This document shows, one piece after another, positions 41,640 to 51,683 of a DNA stretch of 64,000 nt. Origin of the DNA: Chitinivibrio alkaliphilus ACht1 (GTDB lineage Bacteria > Fibrobacterota > Chitinivibrionia > Chitinivibrionales > Chitinivibrionaceae). Positions within the stretch are counted from its first letter, which is position 1, and the number at the start of each line of letters is the position of its first letter. The stretch lies in contig NZ_ASJR01000004.1 of assembly GCF_000474745.1 (NCBI RefSeq), positions 55,988 to 119,987 of the forward strand. The letters run 5' to 3'. The notes beneath the pieces were generated by a model that was not told the DNA's origin, made no database searches, and saw only the letters and a program-made list of their open reading frames with translations. Position numbers and translations under genes: made by a program.

Positions 41640-43194
41640 GCGCGTACTATGGATTGACGACGAGGTCGAATATCTTCGTTCACATATCATGTTTCTTGAA
41701 ACCCGCGGCTATGCCGTAACCCCTGTCTTTAGTGGTGATGATGGGCTGTATCAGTTGCAAAAAGGGGAGGACCGTTATGATATTGTGCTCCTTGATGAGC
41801 AGATGCCCGGTAAGGATGGGTTAACTGTTCTTGTGGAAATAAAAGAGCTCTACCCAGATCTTCCTGTTGTTATGGTGACAAAAAGCGAGGAAGAAGAGCT
41901 CATGGAAAAAGCGATTGGCAGAAATATTGATGGATATCTTACCAAACCGGTGAATCCAAGTCAAGTGTTACTGGTTTGTAAAAATCTGCTTAATTCCGGA
42001 GAATATGTTTCGAAACAGGCCAAAACACTCTTTGTAAAAAGTTATTCTGACATCCAAACATCGCTGAACCGTTCTCTCGGATACAAGGAGTGGGTAAAGC
42101 TGTATCACAGTTTAATAAAACGAGAAATGAGTCTTTCTGATATCGATGATGAGTCCATCCGGCAGGGACATCACGGACAGTTTAACGACGCAAATAAGAA
42201 ATTTGGTGACTGGCTTATTTCAGTATATCCGAAATGGGTTGAGGAATCTGTGGCTCGCCCTACCATGTGTCACGATATCCTTAAAAAATTCATTATACCA
42301 GAAATCTCTTCTGGGCGCCCCATTGCCTTTTTGGTTCTTGATTCTCTTCGTATGGATCAATACATTACCATTCAACGGATTATTAAACGAAATTTTCAAG
42401 TAAACAACTATTTCTACTACTCCCTTATTCCTACGGCGAAGGAAATTGCCCTTTCTTCACTTTTGACAGGTGCACTTCCGCGTGATATCAAAAAAGAGCA
42501 TGAAAGCCTTTGGAGTGTGGTGGAGCAGGGAGGTACTGTGTGGGAAGAGTTGGTAAAAATAGGTCTTGAGCCAAGTGATATTCCTCACGAAAAACGAACC
42601 TTTTACGATTTTTCCGCAGGGGCTATTGATATAGACTCTATTGCTTCCTCCATTGTACGGGATGGCTGTGTTCCCACCATTCATGCTGATTTTCTACAGC
42701 TTTTTGCTGGATTTGACTCTTCTGCAGCGTTGGGTGAAATGGCTGCAAATGGAACAGCCTTTCGTGAGATGCTTGAGTCATGGTTTCGTGGTTCTCGTTT
42801 GTATGAGTTACTACGGAGACTGAGCAGTGAAGAAGTTACGGTAATTCTCACATGCAGCTCTGGGAATATCCTCAGCACGCGTGGTACGGAGTACTATGGG
42901 CAAGATCAAAAAATATATTCGGGGCGTTTTCGTTATGGAGAATCTGTTTCGTGTGATGAGCGTTTTGGCTATCATCTCACAGAGCCTGAACGATTCGGCC
43001 TTCCCGTACGAAGTGATTCCACCCTGTATATTTCATTGAAAGAAAACTATTATTTCACTGAACATGCGTCCTATCAAGAGTATAATCGGCATTATAAGAA
43101 TAGCTTTGAGCGTGGGGGAGTCAGTATGGATGAGGTAATTCTGCCACTTTCTGTACTAAAGCCAAAGGTTCTTGATTTAGACTTGGACTTTTAG
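41623..43194 (+). CDS. Response regulator with an N-terminal receiver and a C-terminal PglZ/alkaline-phosphatase-like domain (PorX-like)
   Basis: REC 'VLWIDDEVEYL...DIVLLDEQMPGKDGL...TKP'. A ~390-aa C-terminal domain includes 'AFLVLDSLRMDQ'. Total length 523 aa, similar to PorX-type regulators. Confidence 0.55.
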   Translation: MPMKRKRVLWIDDEVEYLRSHIMFLETRGYAVTPVFSGDDGLYQLQKGEDRYDIVLLDEQMPGKDGLTVLVEIKELYPDLPVVMVTKSEEEELMEKAIGRNIDGYLTKPVNPSQVLLVCKNLLNSGEYVSKQAKTLFVKSYSDIQTSLNRSLGYKEWVKLYHSLIKREMSLSDIDDESIRQGHHGQFNDANKKFGDWLISVYPKWVEESVARPTMCHDILKKFIIPEISSGRPIAFLVLDSLRMDQYITIQRIIKRNFQVNNYFYYSLIPTAKEIALSSLLTGALPRDIKKEHESLWSVVEQGGTVWEELVKIGLEPSDIPHEKRTFYDFSAGAIDIDSIASSIVRDGCVPTIHADFLQLFAGFDSSAALGEMAANGTAFREMLESWFRGSRLYELLRRLSSEEVTVILTCSSGNILSTRGTEYYGQDQKIYSGRFRYGESVSCDERFGYHLTEPERFGLPVRSDSTLYISLKENYYFTEHASYQEYNRHYKNSFERGGVSMDEVILPLSVLKPKVLDLDLDF

Positions 43195-43195
43195 T

Positions 43196-43630
43196 ATGCA
43201 ATTTACGACACATTCTGCGCAGGAGACTCGTCTAATTGGAGAACGCTTAGCTTCTTTGCTTTCTCCCGGTGCAGTAGTTGCTCTTGAGGGCGATTTAGGA
43301 AGTGGTAAGACCGAGTTGGTTCGTGGCTATATGAGTCGTGTCTTTCCGGGAGAGATCGTTCATAGCCCAAGCTTTTCTATTGTTAATACCTATGGCTCAG
43401 GGGAACAGTATGTGCATCATTTTGATTTTTATCGGCTTCATTCCCCAGATGAACTATTCGAAATTGGGTTTTCAGAATATCTTGAGAGTACTGCCGTTGT
43501 GTTTATTGAATGGGCCGACATGTTTCCCCACGTTATTCCTCCCCATGCAGAGCATATACATATGCGAACGGCTGGAGAAGAGTCTGGTCGGATTATTGAA
43601 ACAACCCTGTCTCAACTCTGTCCAAAATAG
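43196..43630 (+). CDS. tsaE: tRNA t6A biosynthesis ATPase TsaE
   Basis: P-loop 'GDLGSGKT'; 144 aa; 'HFDFYRL' motif. Confidence 0.8.
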   Translation: MQFTTHSAQETRLIGERLASLLSPGAVVALEGDLGSGKTELVRGYMSRVFPGEIVHSPSFSIVNTYGSGEQYVHHFDFYRLHSPDELFEIGFSEYLESTAVVFIEWADMFPHVIPPHAEHIHMRTAGEESGRIIETTLSQLCPK

Positions 43631-44583
43631 TTGCTGCTGATTGCCTCTTCTATGGCCTTTTTCGCTTCTGCGTACAAACTGTCTATACGTTGTGACTCCG
43701 CTTTGATACGATCGCTGTTATGCTCCTTTGCAGCATCCTCCATGAAGGCACTGCAGAGATTGAGCTTTTCCACTCCGAGGTTTGATGTTGCTCCTTTCAT
43801 TGTGTGGGTGTGATGACGCAGGGCATCCCAATCTTCTGTATTCACAAGGTCGTGGAGTTTTTCTAGATCACGAGGAAAACGTTGGAGAAATGCCGTAAGT
43901 ATTTTAAGAGCAACGTCTTTTTCGTAATACCCGTGTAAAAACGCTTCCTTGTTAAAGATGAGGGTGGTTTCGGGAATTGGAATCTCGCTGCTCGTATGGG
44001 TAAGGATATTCTCAATTTTTTCCTGTAACACATTCATATCTATCGGTTTTGTAATGTAATCATTCATACCAGCTTCTATGGCTTTTTCTTTGATATCTGA
44101 AAGAGCGTGGGCAGACATGGCAATAATGGGCGTCTGTTTATTTTTGTCAACATAGTTTCGAATGTACTTTGTTGTTTCAAAGCCATCCATCTCAGGCATT
44201 TGTATATCCATAAGTATCACATCATATACCGTTTCTTCGGTCAGTTTTATCACCTCTTTCCCATCCTGTGCTAAATCTGTTTTAACTCCCATTTCTCCAA
44301 GTAATGCTAGGCTTACTTCTTGGTTGATCTCATTATCTTCCACAAGAAGAATGGTTGTGTTTTTCAGTGTTGTTTGTGTTTCTTTTTCTGTTGTTTTGGG
44401 CGTTGAGTCTGTAGAAAAAACAGAAAGGAGCTCTTGTCCCATCTCCGTAATAGGAGCGTCTTTGTGGATACTGTGGGTGTATTCTGAGTGCACAGGGGGA
44501 GCCACTTTCTCGGGTAAGGAGAATTCGTTTGCAACACGAAAAGTCATCGATAGTAGATATTGTTTTTGCAAATTGTGCGGCAC
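43612..44583 (-). CDS. Receiver (REC) plus HPt phosphotransfer protein. The N-terminus is uncertain, and it may be the frameshifted C-terminal part of the upstream hybrid kinase.
   Basis: REC 'ILLVEDNEINQ...DVILMDIQMPEMDGF...TKP'; HPt 'RHHTHTMKGATSNLG'. The track ORF starts at a GTG right after a TGA. Confidence 0.65.
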   Translation of the reverse strand: MPHNLQKQYLLSMTFRVANEFSLPEKVAPPVHSEYTHSIHKDAPITEMGQELLSVFSTDSTPKTTEKETQTTLKNTTILLVEDNEINQEVSLALLGEMGVKTDLAQDGKEVIKLTEETVYDVILMDIQMPEMDGFETTKYIRNYVDKNKQTPIIAMSAHALSDIKEKAIEAGMNDYITKPIDMNVLQEKIENILTHTSSEIPIPETTLIFNKEAFLHGYYEKDVALKILTAFLQRFPRDLEKLHDLVNTEDWDALRHHTHTMKGATSNLGVEKLNLCSAFMEDAAKEHNSDRIKAESQRIDSLYAEAKKAIEEAISSNYFGQS

Positions 44584-47473
44584 TCATCCCTTTCAAGTCA
44601 TCAGAGACAACAACTCCTTCGTATGCGATCTCTTTTGTATAGAGATGATTAATTGCTTCTGGGGCACTCTCACATCGATCGGCTGTGAGGCGCATATCCT
44701 TGATTTTGTTCCACACATACTCTTCATGAGTGGGGATAATAAAGAGTAATGTTCGTTCCCGCAGGGGAGAAAGGGTTATGTCTTTTGGTTGCTGAAGAGG
44801 GAGGCGTATCCAAAAAATAGCTCCACGGGGAGAGTTGTCACGAACACCAATTTCTCCTCCCATAAGGGTTGTTAATTCTTTTGAGATTGCTAAACCCAGG
44901 CCTGTTCCACCATATTTTCGGGTTGTCGATGTGTCCGCCTGGGAGAATTTATCAAAGAGTACTTCTTTCTTTTCATCCCGTACTCCAATGCCGGAATCTT
45001 CCACAGCAATATGTAGGGGAGTATCTTTTGCTGTGGTGACCCGAATAAAAACCCCTCCTTGGTGGGTAAATTTTATCGCATTTGATACAAGGTTTGTTAT
45101 CACTTGCCGAAGGCGGATTGGGTCACCACGGAAAAACTCCGGTACATCTGAGGCTATGTCATATTTTAGGGAAAGCCCCTTCTCTTCAGCTTTAAAGGAG
45201 AGACTGAGCATCGTTTCCGAAAGTAGCTTATGAATACTGAAGTCGATTGACTCTAAATCAAGACGTTTTGCTTCTATTTTAGAAATATCAAGAATATCAT
45301 TGACTAAGCTGAGAAGAATTTGGCCACTACTACTAATACTCTCTGCAAATTTTTCTTGTTTGTCATCTAAGTTTGTCGAGAGAAGAAGTTTTATAAGACC
45401 AAGAATACCGTTAAGTGGGGTTCGTATTTCGTGAGACATGTTTGCAATGAAGTCACTTTTCGCTGAATTGGCAAGTTTTGCCTTTTTTGCAAGTCTTTGA
45501 GCAATATCTTTTTGTTTGGTAAGGGCAAGGGTATACTCCTCGGCCTTCTTTCTCATACGCTCTTCATCTTCGGCAATACTTAAGGCATTTCGACTTGTTT
45601 CGTCAATGGATTCGACAAGAGTATAGATAGCATGCTCAAGGGTGGTACTTTCTTGCGCAAGACTTTCTTTGAGAGAAAGTAGTTGTGAGAAGAGAGAGGA
45701 ACATTCAGAAGAGGCGTCTCGTGGATAATTTTCCTCTAAATGTGCGACCAGTTCGAAAAGAGTATCCTTTGCTTCATGGAATTGTCGTATCTGGTTTGAA
45801 ATATCAATACGAGAGGTTTTCTCGGCAACTTTATTTTGCGTTTCCTGTATATCGATATCAGTGAAAAAGCCCTTTTCCGGATTATATTTTTGTTTTTTAT
45901 TAAGACGGCGAAGCAGGGTGTTTACCTCTTCCTTAAGTTCACGGATTCGGGTTTCACGACCGTTCATAAGGTGATTCATAATTTCCAGTTCGCGGTACTG
46001 TCTTTGCAGTTTCTTTTCTGCCAGCACTTTCTCGGTAATGTTTTCTTTAATAGCAATGTAGTTTGTAATTGCGCCTTGAGAATTTTTTATAGGAGAAATA
46101 GTTGCAACTTCATAGTAAATATCGCCGGATTTGTTTTTATTTTCGAATTCACCATGCCAGGTTCTACCGGATGAAATTGTTTTCCATAGTTCTTCATAGT
46201 AGCTTTCATCCATATGTCCTGATTTTAATATGCGCGGATTTTCCCCAATAGCTTCTTCGGCTGTATAGCCCGTAGAAAGGGTAAAGGCTGGGTTTACATA
46301 CTCAATGATTCCTTCAAGGTCTGTAATAACAACGGTCGATTTTGTTTGTTCTATGGCAATGTTAATTCGTCGATTTTGTTCTTCTGTTTTCTTCTGCTTG
46401 GTTACCTCTATATGGGTACCAAACATGGTTACGGGGGCGCCTGTTTCATCCCACTCCAAAATCTTTCCCTTCCCATGAATCCACACCCAATGTCCTTTTT
46501 TATGATGCATACGAAATTCAATGTCGAGTTCTTCTGATTCTTTTTTAAGGCATTGATTCACGGCGTGCAGTGTTTCGGAAACGTCATCGGGATGGAGGAG
46601 GTTTTTCCATGTATCAAAGCCGGTTTCTCCCAATTCTTCCGAGGTATAGCCGATAATATTGACCCATCCCGTATCGAAATACGTTTCGTTGGTTTTTATA
46701 TTCCATTTCCATGTACCGATGTTGAGAGATTCCGTGATGCGGAAAAAATATTCTCGCTGTGCGTCTGCATAGGCAGATCGATGAATTTGATCTGTAATAT
46801 CTATTATATATGACACGCAGTCTGAAAGAGCTCCCTCTTCATAGGTGAAGAGGGTGTAGTGATCAACCCAGATGTATTCTCCCACATGAGTTTCAAGGCG
46901 GTAGGGGGTATGGTGCAGGGTTTCTGCTTTATGTGATATGGCTTGAGTAATTTCTTTTGTATAGGTGTCTCGATCCTGTGAAGAGATGAGAGATGTATAC
47001 AAAATTCTATTCTGAAGAAAATCTTTGGGGAAATAGCCGAGAATGGATTGGGTATTCTCAGAAACAAAAGACAGGCTATGAGTATCGATGTCCTTCCAAT
47101 GAAACAACATGACAGGACCATTCATAAAGAGGACTCGTTCATACTCAAGTTCTTGTCTCTTTTTGTGTGTGTCAGTTATATCAAGGGCAGAACAGAGAAC
47201 TTGTGAGGCCCCCGCTGATGGTGGGAGATTGGGAATTAAATGCACACAAAAAAAACGCGATTCTCCCTGAGAGTTTTCCATGGATGTCCACGTACACAGG
47301 GCCTCTCCAGAGGAGAGAACCTGTTCAATTTCTTCGTATAAGGGGCTTTCTTCGGTGAACATATTCTCCTGCTCTTCTGCAAGATGGAAAAACTCTTGTG
47401 TTGCCCTGTTTGCATATTGATACGTGCGCTGTATATCGATTGCCCAAAGTAGAACTGTTTTTCCCATACACAC
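44333..47473 (-). CDS. Multi-PAS hybrid sensor histidine kinase (PAS x3-4, HisKA, HATPase_c, degenerate receiver)
   Basis: H-box 'MSHEIRTPLNGILG'; 'LVSNAIKFT', 'DSGIGV', 'GTGLGLAISK'. The C-terminal 'TLLFIIPTHEE...VVVSDDLKGMS' is receiver-like but lacks the acidic pocket. Confidence 0.8.
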   Translation of the reverse strand: MCMGKTVLLWAIDIQRTYQYANRATQEFFHLAEEQENMFTEESPLYEEIEQVLSSGEALCTWTSMENSQGESRFFCVHLIPNLPPSAGASQVLCSALDITDTHKKRQELEYERVLFMNGPVMLFHWKDIDTHSLSFVSENTQSILGYFPKDFLQNRILYTSLISSQDRDTYTKEITQAISHKAETLHHTPYRLETHVGEYIWVDHYTLFTYEEGALSDCVSYIIDITDQIHRSAYADAQREYFFRITESLNIGTWKWNIKTNETYFDTGWVNIIGYTSEELGETGFDTWKNLLHPDDVSETLHAVNQCLKKESEELDIEFRMHHKKGHWVWIHGKGKILEWDETGAPVTMFGTHIEVTKQKKTEEQNRRINIAIEQTKSTVVITDLEGIIEYVNPAFTLSTGYTAEEAIGENPRILKSGHMDESYYEELWKTISSGRTWHGEFENKNKSGDIYYEVATISPIKNSQGAITNYIAIKENITEKVLAEKKLQRQYRELEIMNHLMNGRETRIRELKEEVNTLLRRLNKKQKYNPEKGFFTDIDIQETQNKVAEKTSRIDISNQIRQFHEAKDTLFELVAHLEENYPRDASSECSSLFSQLLSLKESLAQESTTLEHAIYTLVESIDETSRNALSIAEDEERMRKKAEEYTLALTKQKDIAQRLAKKAKLANSAKSDFIANMSHEIRTPLNGILGLIKLLLSTNLDDKQEKFAESISSSGQILLSLVNDILDISKIEAKRLDLESIDFSIHKLLSETMLSLSFKAEEKGLSLKYDIASDVPEFFRGDPIRLRQVITNLVSNAIKFTHQGGVFIRVTTAKDTPLHIAVEDSGIGVRDEKKEVLFDKFSQADTSTTRKYGGTGLGLAISKELTTLMGGEIGVRDNSPRGAIFWIRLPLQQPKDITLSPLRERTLLFIIPTHEEYVWNKIKDMRLTADRCESAPEAINHLYTKEIAYEGVVVSDDLKGMSAAQFAKTISTIDDFSCCKRILLTRESGSPCALRIHPQYPQRRSYYGDGTRAPFCFFYRLNAQNNRKRNTNNTEKHNHSSCGR

Positions 47474-47550
47474 TCCGGAGGTATTTTATGTGTAATTACA
47501 CTTGATATGTAAGTGTAGCATCCTCCGGAGGTATGCGCAATTCTTTTTTC

Positions 47551-50136
47551 TTATTTTCGCACTTCGTAGGAGAGAGTGTCCGTATTATTTCGGGTTACTA
47601 CTACGGTTTGAGTAGCATCCAATTCGCCTGATATGAGCAATTTAGAAATATCTGTTTCTACACGACGCTGGATAAGACGTTTGAGAGGCCGTGCTCCAAA
47701 ATGGGGGTCATATCCTGTTTGTGCTAAGTATGTCAGGGCAGAGTCATCTATTTCTATTTGAATATCTTGTGCAGCAAGCCGTTTTCGTAGTCGCTCTATC
47801 TGTAGACGAGTAATTTCACGTATATGCTCCGTGGAGAGGCCGTGAAAAAGAATTGTCTCATCAATACGATTAAGAAATTCCGGCTTAAAATGGTTATGGA
47901 GTAACCCTTCTATGGTTGTTCGTAGGGAGTCCATGTGTGCTGTTCCCTGTTCAAGAATCTTGTCTGAACCAAGGTTGGAGGTCATAATGATAATGGTATT
48001 TTTAAAATTTACCACTCGACCCTTTGAATCCGTGACATGCCCTTCATCCAGTATTTGTAGAAGAATATTGAATACATCAGGATGCGCCTTCTCGATTTCA
48101 TCAAGCAGAACTACCGCGTAGGGTTTACGGCGTATCGATTCGGTTAGTTTTCCCCCTTCATCATACCCAACATATCCCGGAGGTGCTCCAATTAGTTTTG
48201 ACACAGAGTGTTTTTCCATACACTCAGACATATCAATTCGCACCATGGCTCGTTCATCATCAAAGAGATTTTCTGCCAAGGTGCGGGCGAGCTCTGTTTT
48301 CCCCACTCCCGTAGGTCCGAGGAAAAGGAATGAGCCAATAGGTTTGTTGGGGTCATTTAAACCAGCTCGGGCACGAAGGATTGCATCAGAAACGTGATGT
48401 ACGGCATCGTTTTGACCCACAACTCGTTCATGCAGTCTGTCTTCCAAATGAAGCAGTTTTTCCCGTTCGCCCTGCACGAGTTTTTCAACAGGAATTCGAG
48501 TCCATTTGCTTACCACTGTGGCAATATCCTCTTCAGTAATTTCTTCTGAGAGAAGTTTGTTTTCCTCATTATTTCGTGAATGCTCTTCGGCCCGTTGAAG
48601 AGCTTCTTCGGTTTGTGGGATACGGCCGTGTTTCAGCTCTGCAGCACGGGTGAGATCGTATTCCCGTTCTGCCCGGGCAAGTTCTGATTTATATTGATCT
48701 AAGAGGGCCCGAAGCTCACGTTGTCGTGAGACGGTTTGCTTTTCTCGCTCCCACCGTGTAAGGAGAGTATTTCGTTTTTCTTCAATATCTGCGAGGCGCT
48801 CACGGAGTTCCCGTAATTTCTCAGAATTTTGAAATTCATCATCTTCCTGCAGCCCGCGTATCTCTATTTCAAGTTGGAGTTTTTTTCGTGTTAATTCATC
48901 TATCTCAATAGGAGAGGAGTCGATCTCCGTACGGCGTAATGCCGCAGCCTCATCCATGAGGTCAATGGCTTTATCCGGAAGAAATCGAGCGGTAATATAG
49001 CGATCGGAAAGGGTCGCCGCGGCAATGAGAGTGTCATCACGAATCTTAACCCCATGGTGCACTTCATAGCGATCACGAAGCCCCCGGAGTATGGATACAG
49101 TATCTTCCACCGTAGGTTGTTCAACCATTACTGTCTGGAATCGTCGCTCCAGAGCGGCATCTTTCTCAATATGCTTTTGGTATTCGTCAAGAGTTGTGGC
49201 TCCAATACAGTGAAGCTCTCCCCGCGCCAACATCGGTTTTAAGAGGTTACCAGCATCCATGGAACCCTCTGTCTTTCCAGCCCCGACAACGGTGTGGAGC
49301 TCATCGATAAAAAGGATGATAGAACCGGCGTCCTTTACTTCTCGAAGAACCTCTTTTAAACGTTCTTCAAATTCTCCACGATATTTGGCTCCGGCAATGA
49401 GTGCTCCCATGTCAAGAGAGACGAGACGTTTCTCTTTTAAGCTTTCCGGTACATCTCCCTCTATGATACGCCGGGCAAGTCCTTCTGCAATAGCTGTTTT
49501 TCCTACGCCGGGTTCACCAATTAACACAGGATTATTTTTGGTTCGCCGTGAAAGAATTTGGATTACCCGACGAATTTCTTCATCGCGACCAATGACTGGA
49601 TCAAGGTTTCCTTCACGGGCACGATTGGTAAGATCTTGACCAAATTTTTCCAGAGCATTCATGGTATCTTCAGGAGTATCCGTGGTTATTTTTTTGTCTT
49701 TGCGTAACTCCTTTACAGCAGCCTCTACTGCTTCTGCGGTTATACCGTGGGAGGTAAGTATCTGTTTCATGGGGGGACTTTTATGGAGAATTCCCAAAAA
49801 CAGATGATCCGTAGATACGTAGGCATCTTGGCTTTTTCGAGCTCTTTTTTCAGCATCAGCAAGCACCAGGGTGGATTCTCGTGACAGGTATGGGCTTTGT
49901 GCACCGGTTCCACTTACAGAGGGGAGTTTGGCAAGTTCGCGATCAAGGGCCTTTTGTAACATGTCCCGATCTTTCCCCATGGTGGTTAATAACTCTGGTA
50001 TAAATCCCTCTTCTTGAGAAATAAGGGCATGGAGAATGTGGACAGGGGCTATTTCGCTGTTGTTTCGTTCAAGGGCAGTAAGTTGTCCTTCCTGTATTGC
50101 TTCTTGGGCTTTCTTGGTAAATGTTTCAAAATTCAT
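47551..50136 (-). CDS. clpB: Chaperone ClpB (AAA+ disaggregase)
   Basis: Two Walker A sites 'GEPGVGKT', 'GPTGVGKT'; long M-domain coiled coil; 861 aa. Confidence 0.9.
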   Translation of the reverse strand: MNFETFTKKAQEAIQEGQLTALERNNSEIAPVHILHALISQEEGFIPELLTTMGKDRDMLQKALDRELAKLPSVSGTGAQSPYLSRESTLVLADAEKRARKSQDAYVSTDHLFLGILHKSPPMKQILTSHGITAEAVEAAVKELRKDKKITTDTPEDTMNALEKFGQDLTNRAREGNLDPVIGRDEEIRRVIQILSRRTKNNPVLIGEPGVGKTAIAEGLARRIIEGDVPESLKEKRLVSLDMGALIAGAKYRGEFEERLKEVLREVKDAGSIILFIDELHTVVGAGKTEGSMDAGNLLKPMLARGELHCIGATTLDEYQKHIEKDAALERRFQTVMVEQPTVEDTVSILRGLRDRYEVHHGVKIRDDTLIAAATLSDRYITARFLPDKAIDLMDEAAALRRTEIDSSPIEIDELTRKKLQLEIEIRGLQEDDEFQNSEKLRELRERLADIEEKRNTLLTRWEREKQTVSRQRELRALLDQYKSELARAEREYDLTRAAELKHGRIPQTEEALQRAEEHSRNNEENKLLSEEITEEDIATVVSKWTRIPVEKLVQGEREKLLHLEDRLHERVVGQNDAVHHVSDAILRARAGLNDPNKPIGSFLFLGPTGVGKTELARTLAENLFDDERAMVRIDMSECMEKHSVSKLIGAPPGYVGYDEGGKLTESIRRKPYAVVLLDEIEKAHPDVFNILLQILDEGHVTDSKGRVVNFKNTIIIMTSNLGSDKILEQGTAHMDSLRTTIEGLLHNHFKPEFLNRIDETILFHGLSTEHIREITRLQIERLRKRLAAQDIQIEIDDSALTYLAQTGYDPHFGARPLKRLIQRRVETDISKLLISGELDATQTVVVTRNNTDTLSYEVRK

Positions 50137-50242
50137 GGGAAACTCCTTTGTATTTTGAATACGATTCTTTTCATGTGGTCTAAAACAAAAAGTGTGCCAA
50201 TCCGTATGTAAGACAATTTCGATCGCTTTTGCAACAATTTGT

Positions 50243-50271
50243 TTGAAATTTTAACAGAAATCGCCTATGAT
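50243..50271 (+). promoter_or_regulatory. Putative sigma-70-type promoter upstream of the GH8 genes
   Basis: TTGAAA, 17 nt spacer, TATGAT, about 170 nt upstream of the GH8 start. Confidence 0.35.
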
Positions 50272-50440
50272 GTGGCAAAAGGAGTGGTAAAACTTCGCTT
50301 TTTTTTAAAATTGGAATCTCCTGTCCATGGGGTATTAAATGAGCAAAAATGTCAAAAGATAAATATGAAATATGAACAGTTTTGTATATACTATACAGTA
50401 AGCAGTAATAGGATATACCACCGTGACAAGTGAGTTGTGT

Positions 50441-51655
50441 ATGGGCCACGTCGTTTTCTTCCTTCTATGGATTCTTTGTGCAGGTTGTATTGGTGCTGAT
50501 ACTGTGCCTCACCGCCCTTTTCCACAGGAGGAACGGTGGGGGCATGCGATTCGTCCCAGCCAGTACTCTCAAGAAGAGTTGAATAACCACGTGGTTGATC
50601 TGTATGAGTACTACCGTGATACGTATTTGCGCCCGTCTCAAAGAACTGAAGGAGGGTATTATATCCACTCAGGTGGAACAAATGTTAATTTTTCTACCAC
50701 GGCAACCGTTTCGGAAGCTCATGGATATGGTATGATACTTTTTGCTCTTATGGCTGGGCATGATGTGGAGGCAAAAGAGTATTTTGATGGTATGGTTGCT
50801 TTCTTTCTGGATCATCCCAGTGGTGCCAATCCTTATAATATGTCATGGGAAATTGAGGGGCAAGAACGTCGACGCCCCAGAAATTCTGCTACCGATGGAG
50901 ATTTAGATATTGCCTATGCCCTTATTTTGGCGCACAATCAATGGGGTTCCACGGGGCGGTATGACTATCGTCAAAAGGCATACGACATGATTATTCATGG
51001 GATTTTGGTGGATAATATGTCTCAGCGTACAAAACGAACCCTTCTGGGTGACTGGGATAGGGATCACTATACCTCTCGTACATCCGACTGGATGCCTGCT
51101 CATTTTCGCGCATTTGCAGATGTTACGGGGGATGACTTTTTTCTTGAGGCTATTGATACTGTGTACGCCTTGATAGAAAGTGTACAGAGTGAATTCTCTC
51201 CTCACACCGGCCTTCTTCCCGACTTTATTACGGGGCGGTTCCCCGAACCGGATCCCCGTGGTGGTGGAACCTATGAGAATAATTCTGAGAAGTATGATTG
51301 GAATGCGTGTCGAGTTCCATGGCGGATTGCCACGGAGTATCTACACCATGAATCTCCTGCGGCGCGAGAGTTTTGTAGTACCGTTATAGAGTGGCTTATT
51401 GCCCACACTGAGGGGGATCCCCGTCGTATTACGGCAGGCTATACCCTTTCGGGTGAAGAGTTAGTAGATTACTCTTCTGTAGCATTTCAGGCGCCTTTTG
51501 CCCTTGCGGCAACGGTTGATGAGCGATTCCAAGACTATCTTGATGCATCGTGGGATATCCTGCGTAAAGATCGTGGTAATGGTGTGTATGTAACAGCGAT
51601 TAATTTATTTTCCATGCTTTTAATTTCGGGTAATTGGTGGGCCCCTCAAGGATAG
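50441..51655 (+). CDS. Secreted glycoside hydrolase family 8, catalytic domain only. The start is either ATG 50441 or GTG 50423.
   Basis: Signal 'MGHVVFFLLWILCAGCIG'; GH8 signature 'ATDGDLDIAYALILAHNQW'. Confidence 0.8.
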   Translation: MGHVVFFLLWILCAGCIGADTVPHRPFPQEERWGHAIRPSQYSQEELNNHVVDLYEYYRDTYLRPSQRTEGGYYIHSGGTNVNFSTTATVSEAHGYGMILFALMAGHDVEAKEYFDGMVAFFLDHPSGANPYNMSWEIEGQERRRPRNSATDGDLDIAYALILAHNQWGSTGRYDYRQKAYDMIIHGILVDNMSQRTKRTLLGDWDRDHYTSRTSDWMPAHFRAFADVTGDDFFLEAIDTVYALIESVQSEFSPHTGLLPDFITGRFPEPDPRGGGTYENNSEKYDWNACRVPWRIATEYLHHESPAAREFCSTVIEWLIAHTEGDPRRITAGYTLSGEELVDYSSVAFQAPFALAATVDERFQDYLDASWDILRKDRGNGVYVTAINLFSMLLISGNWWAPQG

Positions 51656-51683
51656 TTAGGTACTGTAACCAGATGGAGTTGAT

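Noticed and set aside
41623-43194. The PglZ domain as a sign of a BREX phage-defence system
   Set aside because: PglZ is fused to a receiver, which is the PorX-type regulator architecture. No PglX methyltransferase, BrxC ATPase, BrxL or other BREX partner is nearby.
50137-50440. CIRCE/HrcA operator (TTAGCACTC-N9-GAGTGCTAA) upstream of clpB
   Set aside because: No such inverted repeat is present in the 286-bp clpB upstream region. Only an AT-rich stretch and a sigma-70-like promoter facing the GH8 gene were seen.
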